From: an uncultured virus (IMG/VR IMGVR_UViG_3300050821_013558)
Lineage: Duplodnaviria > Heunggongvirae > Uroviricota > Caudoviricetes
DNA length: 64,000 nt
IMG/VR virus record: IMGVR_UViG_3300050821_013558
Strand: one strand, 5' to 3'
Position numbers and translations under genes: made by a program. Of this stretch, positions 25,925-35,802 are shown one piece after another (the first letter of the stretch is position 1; each line of letters opens with the position of its first letter). The notes beneath the pieces were generated by a model. It worked only from the letters and a program-made list of their open reading frames with translations. It had not been told where the DNA came from and did not search any database.

Positions 25925-26268
25925 TCCAAGATCACGATTTCATCTGCCCCCTCTGCGGCCTCGTTCTCTCTTCCCTTTTCGGCTTTCACAAGCACGTCCG
26001 CGAGCAACACGAGGACCGAAAATGACCCGTCTTCTCCATTTCGTCTGCTGGCTTCGGACCGGTCACGACTGGGTCGGCAACTTCGACCACATGTTCTGTT
26101 TCTGGTGCGCCAGGCCGCGGAAAAGGAGTCTCTGATGTTCGTCCACGACCACTACGATATTCTTCTGGTTGTTCTGACGGACATCTACTATCTCGCGCTG
26201 TGGATGGCGGATTCAATGTTTCGATTCGATCTGGAAGGATGGCTGGGCAGCCAGCGGAGGAAGTTTGC

Positions 26269-26667
26269 ATGGCAAAGATTGTAATTCCTGATGGACTGAT
26301 GGATGCCGTGGGGCAGGCGATAGACGAGGCTCGCGGTGGTCGTAACAGCATGACCGACCTTCCTGCTTGCTGCGTGAAGGAAATATCCGTCGAAGCCACT
26401 CTCCGCTGGCTGAGTGAGAACCCAACTACACCAACACTGAAACAGATGTGTGAAGTTGAAACGGCGGCGGCTCACGAGCCTATAAATTCGACCCGATGGT
26501 TGAGCGATATTTTGATGGAATGGCAGCGCCGCATGTTCTTCGCGCCGGAGCCGGAAGTGGAATCTGACGAGCAGGTACGCGAGAAACTTGCCGATCTGTT
26601 GCGACCGGAAGTCGGAGTCTACACGAGTATGATCGAAGCCTACCGCCGTGGAAAGGCCTCCCGATGA
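26269..26667 (+). CDS. Hypothetical protein
   Basis: GGAGG SD before MAKIV. Confidence 0.55.
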   Translation: MAKIVIPDGLMDAVGQAIDEARGGRNSMTDLPACCVKEISVEATLRWLSENPTTPTLKQMCEVETAAAHEPINSTRWLSDILMEWQRRMFFAPEPEVESDEQVREKLADLLRPEVGVYTSMIEAYRRGKASR

Positions 26668-26894
26668 CCCGTCGCCGCGGCAATCCCAACTGGGGCCGGA
26701 CTCTCGATAGCTATCCTCCGATGCCCGTTTCCCTCTCCGGTTGGGACCTTCTGCTGTACAGTCTCAATCTGCGCGAGCCCGAGGCGCTCAAGAGCCCAAA
26801 GGTCAGGGAGTATGTGGTCAAGTACCATCGCAACCGGTTCGTTCCTACGAAGGTGCTTGAACATTTCGGTATGGACGGAAGTTTCTTCGATTGA
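26664..26894 (+). CDS. Hypothetical protein
   Basis: ATGA overlap; RRGNPNWG start. Confidence 0.55.
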   Translation: MTRRRGNPNWGRTLDSYPPMPVSLSGWDLLLYSLNLREPEALKSPKVREYVVKYHRNRFVPTKVLEHFGMDGSFFD

Positions 26895-27081
26895 ACAATG
26901 AAAGGCAGGTGATGCCCAATGCACACAACAAACGATCGCAATAAACTGATTCCGCGCTCGTAGGCACCGTATCGAGCAGGCGGGATCGAATACGGTGTGC
27001 ATCGAGCAGTTTCTTCGATTGATCAAAAACGCTCACCCATCTTTCACAAATTTAATGTACGATTCTCAGTGGAGTCCAAAC

Positions 27082-27609
27082 ATGGCTCATGATCGTTACC
27101 TTCTCGAACTGCTCGACACCTGCCTTAAAACCATGGAGCGCCAGATCCGGCGCATCGAGCAGGCCGACCGCGAGGATCTCGACACCCTCCGCCTGATTCA
27201 GCGCGAACTGCATGTCCTTGCACAAGAGCTTCAGCCTCCCCCGCCGCCCTCAACCCTCGCAACCAGCATTTCATTCCAGGAGACGTCTATGAACCCGACT
27301 CAAGCCGGTCAGACCCAGGTCTTCACCGGAACTCTCTCGCCCGCCGGCTCCGTCCTCGCGCCGGATGCCAAAGCCACCATCACCTCGAACGATCCAGCCG
27401 TCTCGCCGACCCTGGATTCGACTCAACTGATCGTCAGCGTCACTTATCCCAGCGGATGGGTCGAGAGCACGACCACCCCTCTGGCTTTCTCGTACGTGTC
27501 CGCTAGCATCAGCACCGGCCAGACGTTGTCAGCCGCCATTACTCCGAGTGCGCCGCCTCCGCCTCCTCCGGTTCTGGCAACAAGCATCGGATTCCAACAG
27601 ACTCAATGA
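27082..27609 (+). CDS. Coiled-coil plus Ig-like beta protein with internal second start (27289)
   Basis: GGAG SD at both starts; followed by terminator. Confidence 0.6.
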   Translation: MAHDRYLLELLDTCLKTMERQIRRIEQADREDLDTLRLIQRELHVLAQELQPPPPPSTLATSISFQETSMNPTQAGQTQVFTGTLSPAGSVLAPDAKATITSNDPAVSPTLDSTQLIVSVTYPSGWVESTTTPLAFSYVSASISTGQTLSAAITPSAPPPPPPVLATSIGFQQTQ

Positions 27610-27630
27610 CGTAGTTCTCCCTGCAGCAAG

Positions 27631-27663
27631 AAAAGGTCCCGGCTCAAAACCGGGGCCTTTTTA
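27631..27663 (+). terminator. Intrinsic, probably bidirectional terminator
   Basis: AAAA-GGTCCCGG-CTCAAAA-CCGGGGCC-TTTTT. Confidence 0.85.
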
Positions 27664-27698
27664 TTGACAACACATTCCAATCGTGACATGATTAATCC

Positions 27699-28301
27699 AT
27701 GACCCGCGATCCCATCCCCCCGCTTCCGTCTCAAATCCTCTCCGTACACTCTTTACTCGCCGCGCGGGACCTGCTCTCCCCGGCTGATTTCCGCCTGCGC
27801 CTGCGCAGGACTCTGCTCTCGGATCCCAGCCTGACTCTCAAACAGGTGGCTCAGGCCCTCGGCGTCACCCGGCAGTGCGTCGGTGCCATCGTCGGGAAAC
27901 TCAATCGTCCCACCGGCAAGCCAGCGATCAAGCGGGAGCAGGCTCGATCCAAACTGGCCGAGCTGCGCATCAGGGTGGCCGCCGGCGAGTCCGCGGAGCA
28001 TGCGGCGAAGGAACTGGGTATCAGCCTGGGCCAGGCGATGACTCTTGGCTTTAGAGCGCGTGACATCAAGCCAGCCCATGGCGGCGGGCGGAAGGATTGT
28101 TTTTGTTGGCGTTGCAGACGTGCAGCCGGAATCGCCACGCCAAGAGGCCCACGGATGCGGTCGGAGCAGGTCAGTACGGCTCTGGACCTTCTGGCTTACG
28201 TGGACCCGGATTCAGGAGAAGGTTTGAGCCAGAGACGAATCGGCGAGATGGTCGGTGCAGGGCAGGCCGCGATTTCGAGGATTGCAAGGAGCGCCCAATG
28301 A
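27699..28301 (+). CDS. Multi-HTH DNA-binding protein, probably leaderless
   Basis: LTLKQVAQALGVTRQCV, AAKELGIS, LSQRRIGEMVGAGQAAISR; TTGACA-17-CATGAT-6-ATG. Confidence 0.7.
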   Translation: MTRDPIPPLPSQILSVHSLLAARDLLSPADFRLRLRRTLLSDPSLTLKQVAQALGVTRQCVGAIVGKLNRPTGKPAIKREQARSKLAELRIRVAAGESAEHAAKELGISLGQAMTLGFRARDIKPAHGGGRKDCFCWRCRRAAGIATPRGPRMRSEQVSTALDLLAYVDPDSGEGLSQRRIGEMVGAGQAAISRIARSAQ

Positions 28302-28588
28302 GAGACGTCTCGATCGATGAAATAGTCACTTGGCGTGAGGAGTTCGGCGTCAAGGCGAAGGAAGCATTTGGTGGCTGGCGCGTGGACGTGAGCCCGCAGA
28401 CCTACAGCGATCTGAAGCAGCGGTGTGATCGGTTGGAGAGAGAAGCGGACCCGTTCTTCGAGCACATCCGCAGTCTGCTGCCGGAACAGGTGCCTCTGAA
28501 CGGGATCACGGTTCACATGGTCAAGACAGGCGAAGTGCCGGACGGGGTGCTCCGCGCCTGCGGGTGCGGCAAAGAGGTCAATCGTTAG
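28298..28588 (+). CDS. Hypothetical protein
   Basis: AAGGAG SD, ATGA overlap. Confidence 0.55.
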   Translation: MRDVSIDEIVTWREEFGVKAKEAFGGWRVDVSPQTYSDLKQRCDRLEREADPFFEHIRSLLPEQVPLNGITVHMVKTGEVPDGVLRACGCGKEVNR

Positions 28589-28737
28589 CGCGCCAAGTGC
28601 ACATCGCCCAGGACAACAGCCAGCGCCCAGAGAGCCATCCCCAGCCAACCGAGGTTGAGCCTGGGCGGTGACGGGATATTGAATGCCGCGAGCAACAGAA
28701 GTACGAACGAGAATACCATGAGGATCAGGGTCAGCAT
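28585..28737 (-). CDS. 50-aa two-TM membrane protein, not in ORF track
   Basis: MLTLILMVFSFVLLLLAAFNIPSPPRLNLGWLGMALWALAVVLGDVHLAR; AGGAG SD. Confidence 0.65.
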   Translation of the reverse strand: MLTLILMVFSFVLLLLAAFNIPSPPRLNLGWLGMALWALAVVLGDVHLAR

Positions 28738-28878
28738 CTTGCACACTCCTGATCCGATTGGATGCCGACGGCGCGTAGATCGTTCAAACTTTCCTCTGTG
28801 AGGGTATAAAGCAAATGATAGAATGGGGTTGTGGAGGTTGGATGCCTCCGCTCACTTCAGGCTGTTGAGGAGCCGTTC

Positions 28879-29490
28879 ATGCCAACCCCATCAAAATCAG
28901 TGTACCGTGTTTGCGCTCGGTGCTCAAAAACTTTCAGTACCTATCTATCAGAAGTGAAGTTAGGTCGTGGAGTTTTCTGTGGCCAAGCATGTTATTTTGC
29001 AAGCTTAGCTGAAAGAAAGTCTCGTCCTGAGATTAGATTTTGGAAGTACGTGAATAAGACTGAGGGCTGTTGGCTTTGGACTGGAGCGCAATGTAGAGGG
29101 GGATACGGACAGATGAGCGGAGTAGCCTCAAACAGTCGTGTCCATCGATTTTCTTGGGAACTGTTTAACAGGCTTATACCAAAAGATATTTGTGTTCTCC
29201 ATAAGTGCGATGTCCGTCTTTGTGTACGCCCGGATCATCTTTTTCTAGGTACTAATACAGACAACATCAGGGATCGTATTAGGAAACGCCGGGGAAATGT
29301 GCGATTAGTTACAGCTTTTGGTGAAACTAAAGCTTTGGTGGAATGGCTGGAAGATGATCGATGTTTAGGAAGCAGAGAATCAATCATAAGACGGTTAAGT
29401 AACGGTTTTAGTCCAGAGTACGCGTTGACAACCACGCCTCTCACGAGTTTTGAATACGGTTTGTGCGGGGTAATTTCTCGGTCACTGTAG
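28879..29490 (+). CDS. HNH homing endonuclease
   Basis: CWLWTG..GYG, RVHRFSWE, VLHKCDVRLCVRPDHLFLGTNTDN. Confidence 0.9.
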   Translation: MPTPSKSVYRVCARCSKTFSTYLSEVKLGRGVFCGQACYFASLAERKSRPEIRFWKYVNKTEGCWLWTGAQCRGGYGQMSGVASNSRVHRFSWELFNRLIPKDICVLHKCDVRLCVRPDHLFLGTNTDNIRDRIRKRRGNVRLVTAFGETKALVEWLEDDRCLGSRESIIRRLSNGFSPEYALTTTPLTSFEYGLCGVISRSL

Positions 29491-29556
29491 TCAAATGCAG
29501 ACAAGGTGTATTTTCCACTTGTAAGGTTTGCAATTAACTGTTACGCTTTTCTCGCA

Positions 29557-29898
29557 ATGACTGACAAGTCCCCCACCACCGATACCGAAAAGCGCCTGCT
29601 CTGGCTGGTCCGCGATCTTGTAGCGCAGGGGTGCACTGAGTACAAGAAGGGTGATTCAATCTCCTGGGACGGTCCGATTCCGGTTTTCTCCCAGTTCGTC
29701 GGCAAGTACGCCGAGGCTATCGCGCTGCTTGCCGAGTACGGTCTGGTGACGGACCTGACGGACAACGGCGGCCGGGTCGTCAGCGGAAATCTTCTGTCGT
29801 TGATGAATACAGCAGAGGTGCTGCAGACCGGGATATTCAATCCGCGAAAGGAAGAGGCGTTCCAGTCCGCGCCTGAGATCGGAGATCATCTTGGGTGA
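29557..29898 (+). CDS. Hypothetical protein
   Basis: Open frame overlapping next start. Confidence 0.5.
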   Translation: MTDKSPTTDTEKRLLWLVRDLVAQGCTEYKKGDSISWDGPIPVFSQFVGKYAEAIALLAEYGLVTDLTDNGGRVVSGNLLSLMNTAEVLQTGIFNPRKEEAFQSAPEIGDHLG

Positions 29899-30253
29899 CA
29901 CCATCCGTCTCGATCCCTGCCGCAGTAAAGTTTTCTCGTGGATCGAGTTCAACCCCGATGCTCCCGAGGTGAGAGACGAAGCCACAGGCCGCCTAATTCA
30001 GCCAGCAGGCCCTGCGATCACGGCGCGGTACCGAACTACGGGTATGGAAATGACTGCCTGGCCGTGCACCGAGGACGAGGCGCGCCGGATCATGCAGCCT
30101 GGCGCCGAGTTCGATTATTCTAGCGGCCGTGCCTGGTCGCAGATCGTGATGCCTTACAAATCCAAGCGCATGGTCAAGAGCGGGCAGAGACAGGAAACTG
30201 TGAAGCAGCGGGAAGAGACGGAACAGCGCGCGGGGAGAAGGTGGCTCGTATGA
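29891..30253 (+). CDS. Hypothetical protein, weak KTSC-like pattern
   Basis: GGAG SD, TTG start; S..FSWIEFNP...SSGRAW..IV. Confidence 0.45.
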   Translation: MGDTIRLDPCRSKVFSWIEFNPDAPEVRDEATGRLIQPAGPAITARYRTTGMEMTAWPCTEDEARRIMQPGAEFDYSSGRAWSQIVMPYKSKRMVKSGQRQETVKQREETEQRAGRRWLV

Positions 30254-30296
30254 CCAATGAGACCGGCGACGGAGCAGTCGCAGAGATGAGCAACGA

Positions 30297-30566
30297 ATGA
30301 ACCCGAATCCGGAAGATTTGATCAACGCAGCAACGTATGCGGAAAAAATGAAGTTCGCACAAGCACAGCAGGCACAGTGTGGTCAGGCTATAGGTGGTGT
30401 CACTCAAGCGTGGCATCGTCCTTCTTTGCGCGAAGAAGCTGAGAAGAGCGTCGGCTATCATCGCGAGCAAGCCGATAAGCAGGATCGTGCTGCTGCATTT
30501 TTCCGCGAACATCCTGAGTTTGATGAGTTCATTCAACTTATCCGCAGCGGAACGATCGGAATATAG
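30297..30566 (+). CDS. Hypothetical protein
   Basis: Open frame in rightward operon. Confidence 0.55.
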   Translation: MNPNPEDLINAATYAEKMKFAQAQQAQCGQAIGGVTQAWHRPSLREEAEKSVGYHREQADKQDRAAAFFREHPEFDEFIQLIRSGTIGI

Positions 30567-30568
30567 CC

Positions 30569-30910
30569 ATGAGCCCACGTCCCCGGCTTCCGAAAACGCA
30601 GTGGGCAGACGATTCGATCCGAGTCGAGGTCAAGGCTGCGGGTCTTGTCGACGAGCCTGCCAACCAGGAAGTCTTCAACGCTTGTCTTGCCGAGATGGGA
30701 TCTGTTCGGATGAGAGTTATGCTCGGATGTTACGGACCAGGAAGCGAAGAGCGCCCCAAGCCTCGCTATAGCTGGCTTTTGGGAGAGTCAGCAACGATCT
30801 TGTGTCGTGACACAGATGTGGCTAATTGGTTTCGTGAAGAACTTTTGAAGTGGCTGAAGTCTCTCGACGGAATAAAACTAGAGCGTGTGGAAGATGAGGA
30901 AGTCAAGTGA
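30569..30910 (+). CDS. Hypothetical protein
   Basis: Stop overlaps GTG of next gene. Confidence 0.55.
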   Translation: MSPRPRLPKTQWADDSIRVEVKAAGLVDEPANQEVFNACLAEMGSVRMRVMLGCYGPGSEERPKPRYSWLLGESATILCRDTDVANWFREELLKWLKSLDGIKLERVEDEEVK

Positions 30911-31917
30911 TCGCTTATATTCTTTTTGGCGCCGGCACGATCGGTCGTCTGATTGCACGGCAATTGATTGCGAAGGGAACTTCGCCAGTCTGTTTTGCCG
31001 ACAACGACCAGAGTAAGTGGGGAAAGGAAGTCGAGGGAATTCTTGTGCTCAGTCCCGAAGATGCGCTGCGAGAGTACCCTGATGCGAAGTGGGTCGCTAC
31101 AATCCACCGAACTCCTTTCCGTGGCGAGATTCTCGAACAGTTGGAAGCAATGGAAGTGAAACAGGTTTCGCTCTACGATTTTCTTCCTGCACGGTGCGAT
31201 TTGCCGCCCGACGATGCCGATGAGACTGTTCGGGGCCTGTTGACAGACGGAGAATCATTGGCCGAGTGGAAAGATCAATTGGCTTTCCGGCGCGACTCCA
31301 CGACTCATATTCAGCGGCCTCCCCGCAACATCGCCAACGTCTACTTTGAGAACTTCTTTACTCACGACGATAATGAAGTGTTCATCGACTGCGGAGCAGC
31401 TACCGGAGACACTATCGATGAATTTCTTAATCGTTGGGATAAATTCAGAATCATAATCGGGTACGAGCCCGATAAGGCGAACTATGCCACCCTTGTCACT
31501 GCCGTTCACCGTTTCAACGACAGCCGTATCCTGCCTGTCTTTGGTGCTATCGGCGACCACCGTACTGAAATGTCCTTTATCGCAACCGGCGATCAAACCG
31601 CGCACCTTGGGGGTGATGGAGAGAAGGTTCCGGTATTTCCTCTTGACTCAGCGCTGGGAGGAATTATTCCAACTTTCATCAAAATGGACATCGAAGGCGC
31701 GGAACTGGAAGGCCTCTGGGGCGCACGCGAGACGATCAAGAAATACTCTCCGGTGCTCGCTATCTGTGCGTATCATCTTGGGTCGCATCTTTGGGAAGTG
31801 CCGCTCTTACTACACGCTCTCAATCCGATGTACAAGATTTACTTGCGGCGGTATCTTGAGGCGACGTGGGAGTTAGTCTGGTATGCAGTACCGCCTGACC
31901 GGGTGGTGTCCCGATGA
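30907..31917 (+). CDS. FkbM-family SAM methyltransferase with N-terminal Rossmann-like domain
   Basis: LFGAGTIG...FADND..KWG; FIDCGAATGD, YEPD, FIKMDIEGAE, LAICAYH. Confidence 0.9.
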   Translation: MIAYILFGAGTIGRLIARQLIAKGTSPVCFADNDQSKWGKEVEGILVLSPEDALREYPDAKWVATIHRTPFRGEILEQLEAMEVKQVSLYDFLPARCDLPPDDADETVRGLLTDGESLAEWKDQLAFRRDSTTHIQRPPRNIANVYFENFFTHDDNEVFIDCGAATGDTIDEFLNRWDKFRIIIGYEPDKANYATLVTAVHRFNDSRILPVFGAIGDHRTEMSFIATGDQTAHLGGDGEKVPVFPLDSALGGIIPTFIKMDIEGAELEGLWGARETIKKYSPVLAICAYHLGSHLWEVPLLLHALNPMYKIYLRRYLEATWELVWYAVPPDRVVSR

Positions 31918-32603
31918 ACGATCTTCTTGTCATTGCGGCAGCGAGTTCCGACTCCGGAGGTACTTTGCCTCAGTACCGCGCTCAGCTTGCCGCAGCGGGG
32001 ATTCCTTTCCATGTCGTGCCTTTAACCGGGCCTCCGGATGCAACGATTGCCGCGACTCTTTTTTATTTTCGCCGCTTGGCCGAACAGTTTTCTTCCTACA
32101 GGCGTTTGATTCTTACCGATGCTTTCGATGTGAGTTTTTTCGGAACCGCTGCGGATGTGCCCGATATATGCGCCAAGGTTCCTCTCGATCATGTTCTTTG
32201 GGCTGCGGAAAAGAACTGCTTCACGGACCCGCATATGGCGACACCGATCCATGCGCGTCACCCCGAGCGTTCCCCCTGGCTTTATGCCAATGGCGGTATG
32301 TTGGCGGCAACACCGCAGGTTCTCTACGATTGGACTCTGGCGGTCGAGCGCTACCCTCTTTATGCCGATTTTTTCATTAACCAGGGTTTTTACAACATCT
32401 TGCTTGCCGCTGGATGGGATCAGATGTGCGTGGACTGGAGAACCGATCTGTTTTTCTGTCTTCACAGCGGTTATTCGGAATTGGATTTCGAGCGCGGGAA
32501 GCCGGTGAACACAAAGTGGGGGACCAGGCCTCTGTTCGCTCACGCCAACGGCGCGTGGCCCACCGATGAGATGTGGGCGAAGTATCATAGGAGCCTTCAG
32601 TGA
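31914..32603 (+). CDS. GT-A glycosyltransferase, PLOD/LH3-like
   Basis: ILTDAFDV, LWAAEKNC, YANGGML, LFAHANG. Confidence 0.75.
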   Translation: MNDLLVIAAASSDSGGTLPQYRAQLAAAGIPFHVVPLTGPPDATIAATLFYFRRLAEQFSSYRRLILTDAFDVSFFGTAADVPDICAKVPLDHVLWAAEKNCFTDPHMATPIHARHPERSPWLYANGGMLAATPQVLYDWTLAVERYPLYADFFINQGFYNILLAAGWDQMCVDWRTDLFFCLHSGYSELDFERGKPVNTKWGTRPLFAHANGAWPTDEMWAKYHRSLQ

Positions 32604-33388
32604 GCGAACAGGTTCGCATTTGCGCGATATCGAAAAACGAGGGCCGGTATCTCCACGAGTGGTGTCTCTTTCATCAGATTGTCGGTGTCGATCACATTAC
32701 GATTTATGACAACGGTTCGACGGACGACACGCGTGAAGTTCTTCGTTCTTTTGTCGATTCCGGGTTTGTGGATCTGATCGATTGGCCGATGCCGTCTCCG
32801 AGCCAGTTCGCTGCATATCGGCATTTCATCGAAGGGCACCGCGGGCCGTATTGGATTGCTTTCATCGATATCGATGAGTTTCTTTTCTCTCCGGTTTTTC
32901 CCACTATCTCCGAGGCTTTGTCTGCGATTCCCCATCGCAGCAGCGCGCTTGGGGTTAATTGGGCGTGTTTCGGCAATTCAGGCCGTCGGGCATATTCTCC
33001 TGAGCCCGTGATTGAGCGATTTTCATGGCGCCTCGCTTCAAGCAATCCGGTTAATACGCACATCAAGTCTTTGATCTGGATGGACCAGGATGTGTGTGTC
33101 GGTAACGATCCGCATTTCTTCGCGGTCGAGCACGGAACGTTTACCGAAAACGGCGATCCTATTCATGGGCCTTTGTCTGGCTCGCATTCTTCCAGTTTGC
33201 TCCGCCTGAACCACTACGTCACCAAATCGGATGAGGAGCTGGCTGGAAAGATTGCGCGGGGAAGAGCGGATCTGGCGCAGCCAAGGCAGTTGTCGGAATT
33301 CGATGGTTATCATGCGCGAGAGGTAGACGACCGGGAGATTCAGCGGTTCTTGCCGGAACTGAAGAGGAGGCTCGAATGCCTCGTCTGA
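32600..33388 (+). CDS. Glycosyltransferase (GT92/GT2-like)
   Basis: ICAISKNEGRYLHEW..FH...GVDHITIYDNGSTD, WIAFIDIDEF, LNHY.TKS. Confidence 0.9.
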   Translation: MSEQVRICAISKNEGRYLHEWCLFHQIVGVDHITIYDNGSTDDTREVLRSFVDSGFVDLIDWPMPSPSQFAAYRHFIEGHRGPYWIAFIDIDEFLFSPVFPTISEALSAIPHRSSALGVNWACFGNSGRRAYSPEPVIERFSWRLASSNPVNTHIKSLIWMDQDVCVGNDPHFFAVEHGTFTENGDPIHGPLSGSHSSSLLRLNHYVTKSDEELAGKIARGRADLAQPRQLSEFDGYHAREVDDREIQRFLPELKRRLECLV

Positions 33389-33984
33389 GTTTCATCGTAG
33401 TTGCTTACGAAAATCCTTCGACTCTGCGGACCTGTCTTTCATCTCTACTCGACCAGACGATGCGGGATTTTGAAATCATCGTTGTCGATAATTCGATCGG
33501 CAGTACATGGATCGATTTGAATAAGGATCTTTGCCGGATGTCGGATCGAATTCGCTACGAGTGGACGGCAGACAGGACTGATGTTTCTCATCTGAGGCTG
33601 CGGCATTCTAACTGTCTCTACACTGCGACTGAGATCGGAGCGGAACTAGCGATCGGAGATTTTTTATGTTTTCCTTCGCAGGACTCTTACTATGTTCCTG
33701 TCTTTGCCGAAAGAATGATCTCCGCCGCTGGTCGTCACCATTGCGATCTTGTTTACTGTGGGCTGGTCCATGGGCTCCCGGATCGCCATTACGTTCCGAT
33801 CGAGCCTTCCTGTCGCGTGGGCCAGGCGGACAAAGGTTCGTTCATTTTGCGGCGATCTTTATTCACTGGATTTCCGGACAAGCGCCTCGATTATGAGAAG
33901 GCAGACGGATTGCTGATCGAGCGCCTGGCGCAGGCCGGTGTGACGCGGCGCAGGTTGGATGAATATTTGATGTTTCACAGTTGA
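33376..33984 (+). CDS. GT2-family glycosyltransferase
   Basis: LSFIVVAYE, CLSSLLDQT..DFEIIVVDN, GDFLCF..QD. Confidence 0.85.
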   Translation: MPRLSFIVVAYENPSTLRTCLSSLLDQTMRDFEIIVVDNSIGSTWIDLNKDLCRMSDRIRYEWTADRTDVSHLRLRHSNCLYTATEIGAELAIGDFLCFPSQDSYYVPVFAERMISAAGRHHCDLVYCGLVHGLPDRHYVPIEPSCRVGQADKGSFILRRSLFTGFPDKRLDYEKADGLLIERLAQAGVTRRRLDEYLMFHS

Positions 33985-34003
33985 TAGGAAAGGGAACAGT
34001 CGA

Positions 34004-34825
34004 ATGAGTCGCATTTTGATTGGGATTTTAACGGCGCATCATCCCTCCCGTTGGTGGTATCGCGTAGCTGCGCGGCAAAATTATCTTAAAGGTTCCGATC
34101 TGGATCATTTGTTTGTCTTCGGGCGGCCTCCTGTTTCCGATTGGCCAGTCGAGCAGCAGGAGGATGAACTTTGGGTGGATTGCGACGATCGCAAGGAGTA
34201 CATGGTTTACAAGAATCAAGCGCTGTTTCGTTACGCGCTCGATCATGGGTATACGCATGTGTTCAGGTGCTGCGACGATACGGTTGTTTTTCCTGACCGT
34301 ATCGCCAACGCCGGTCTGGAAAGTTATGATGTAGCCGGCACAGTGCCCTGCAAATTTTCTCTTGGCGGCACGTTTAAGACCTGGTTCCAGTATCTGAATT
34401 ATTTTCACGGCGGAACGGGAATTTGGCTTTCGCGTAAAGCGATGGAAATGCTCGTAGCGGATGTGTGGGACGAGCATCGTTTGGATTCATGGCCGGAGAA
34501 ATTGGACCTGGGCTTTGGCTTGCAGATTAGTAAGCCGAAAAAATATTGGGACGACCACTGGATTTCGGAGGTGCTGCAAGGCAATTTGCCTTACGACCAC
34601 CCCAACCGCAAGCAGCCAATGACCGCCTATGCCTTGAATGGATTGTCGGTGTTCGAGGATGAGATGCTGTTTGTCAACAGCGAGCCTATGCGGGCTCTTA
34701 CTCTTCACGATCCAGGCGTCCACAAGATCAATTCACGCGAGATGGACGAAGTAATGGAGCAGATCAAACAGCGTAATATCGCGATGGCTGAAGCTGCACG
34801 AGCACAGGAGGCCCCCATTGCCTGA
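34004..34825 (+). CDS. GT31/Fringe-like glycosyltransferase
   Basis: ILIGILT, HVFRCCDDT, YFHGGTGIWLSRKAMEML, WDD..IS. Confidence 0.75.
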   Translation: MSRILIGILTAHHPSRWWYRVAARQNYLKGSDLDHLFVFGRPPVSDWPVEQQEDELWVDCDDRKEYMVYKNQALFRYALDHGYTHVFRCCDDTVVFPDRIANAGLESYDVAGTVPCKFSLGGTFKTWFQYLNYFHGGTGIWLSRKAMEMLVADVWDEHRLDSWPEKLDLGFGLQISKPKKYWDDHWISEVLQGNLPYDHPNRKQPMTAYALNGLSVFEDEMLFVNSEPMRALTLHDPGVHKINSREMDEVMEQIKQRNIAMAEAARAQEAPIA

Positions 34826-35048
34826 AGCCGTCAATCATCCTGCTCATTACGGCGGTGACGTTCCACACGAGACGTACAAGTGTCTTCGCGCATGGGGACT
34901 GGAGCAGGATGCGTTGATATGGAATGCGGTGAAGTATCTCTCACGAGCAGGCAAGAAAGGCAGCAGTACTAAGATCGAAGACTTACAAAAATCGGTTTGG
35001 TACATCAATAACCGAATCGAACAATTGAAAGAGGAACGGTCAGAATGA
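34818..35048 (+). CDS. Second DUF3310-like protein
   Basis: VNHPAHY, NAVKYLSRAGKK, EDLQKSVWYI. Confidence 0.85.
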   Translation: MPEAVNHPAHYGGDVPHETYKCLRAWGLEQDALIWNAVKYLSRAGKKGSSTKIEDLQKSVWYINNRIEQLKEERSE

Positions 35049-35791
35049 AAATTGTCAAGCCTTATGCAAAGATTATGGAACCGGATTTGTTAGCCGGTGC
35101 CTTGAAACGTATCGAGTATTCTGCTCGCATCAGCCACGGCTCGGAAGATGCACAGACTGAAGATTCAGCGGAACGATTCATTCGTGCGGTCGTTCTCCAA
35201 CACGGCGATTGGTCTGTCGTCGAGCATGTGTCAGCTTCGGTTGAGTTCCTTGTGGATCGCGGGATTACGCATGAGATTGTCAGGCATCGTATCGCGAGCT
35301 ACACGCAATCGAGCACGAGATTCATCAATTACGCAAAGAAGATGCCGCCAACTTTCATTTATCCGAAGCCGGAGGTGGAATGCGTCAAATGCGCAGCCGG
35401 TAACGAGCCTTCTTTGGATGATCGTGAGATTGTTTGTCATGTCAAAATAGGTGAGACAAGCCTTTACAACATGGACTGCGCTTATGATCAAGATTGGTTA
35501 CTGGCGATCGAGGAGTCTGAGCGGCGTTATCGGAGGCTATTAGAGAAAGGCTGGCGTCCCCAAGAAGCCAGATCAGTCTTCCCCAACGCTCTTAGCAGTA
35601 AGATCATGGTCACGCTCAACCTGCGAACTTGGCGTCACTTTTTCTTAATGAGGACCAGCAAAGAAGCTCATCCTCAGATGCGACAGGTGACGATTCCTCT
35701 GCTTGCTGAGTTCCAGCGCCTCGTGCCGGTTCTCTACGAAGACATTGTGCCGGAGTCGCGGCAGGTCGATAACATCGCTAAAGGTCGATAG
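35045..35791 (+). CDS. thyX: Flavin-dependent thymidylate synthase
   Basis: RGITHEIVRHRIASYTQSSTR signature, QEARSVFPN, NLRTWRHF, AHPQMR. Confidence 0.95.
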   Translation: MKIVKPYAKIMEPDLLAGALKRIEYSARISHGSEDAQTEDSAERFIRAVVLQHGDWSVVEHVSASVEFLVDRGITHEIVRHRIASYTQSSTRFINYAKKMPPTFIYPKPEVECVKCAAGNEPSLDDREIVCHVKIGETSLYNMDCAYDQDWLLAIEESERRYRRLLEKGWRPQEARSVFPNALSSKIMVTLNLRTWRHFFLMRTSKEAHPQMRQVTIPLLAEFQRLVPVLYEDIVPESRQVDNIAKGR

Positions 35792-35802
35792 GGAGGTCCC
35801 CA

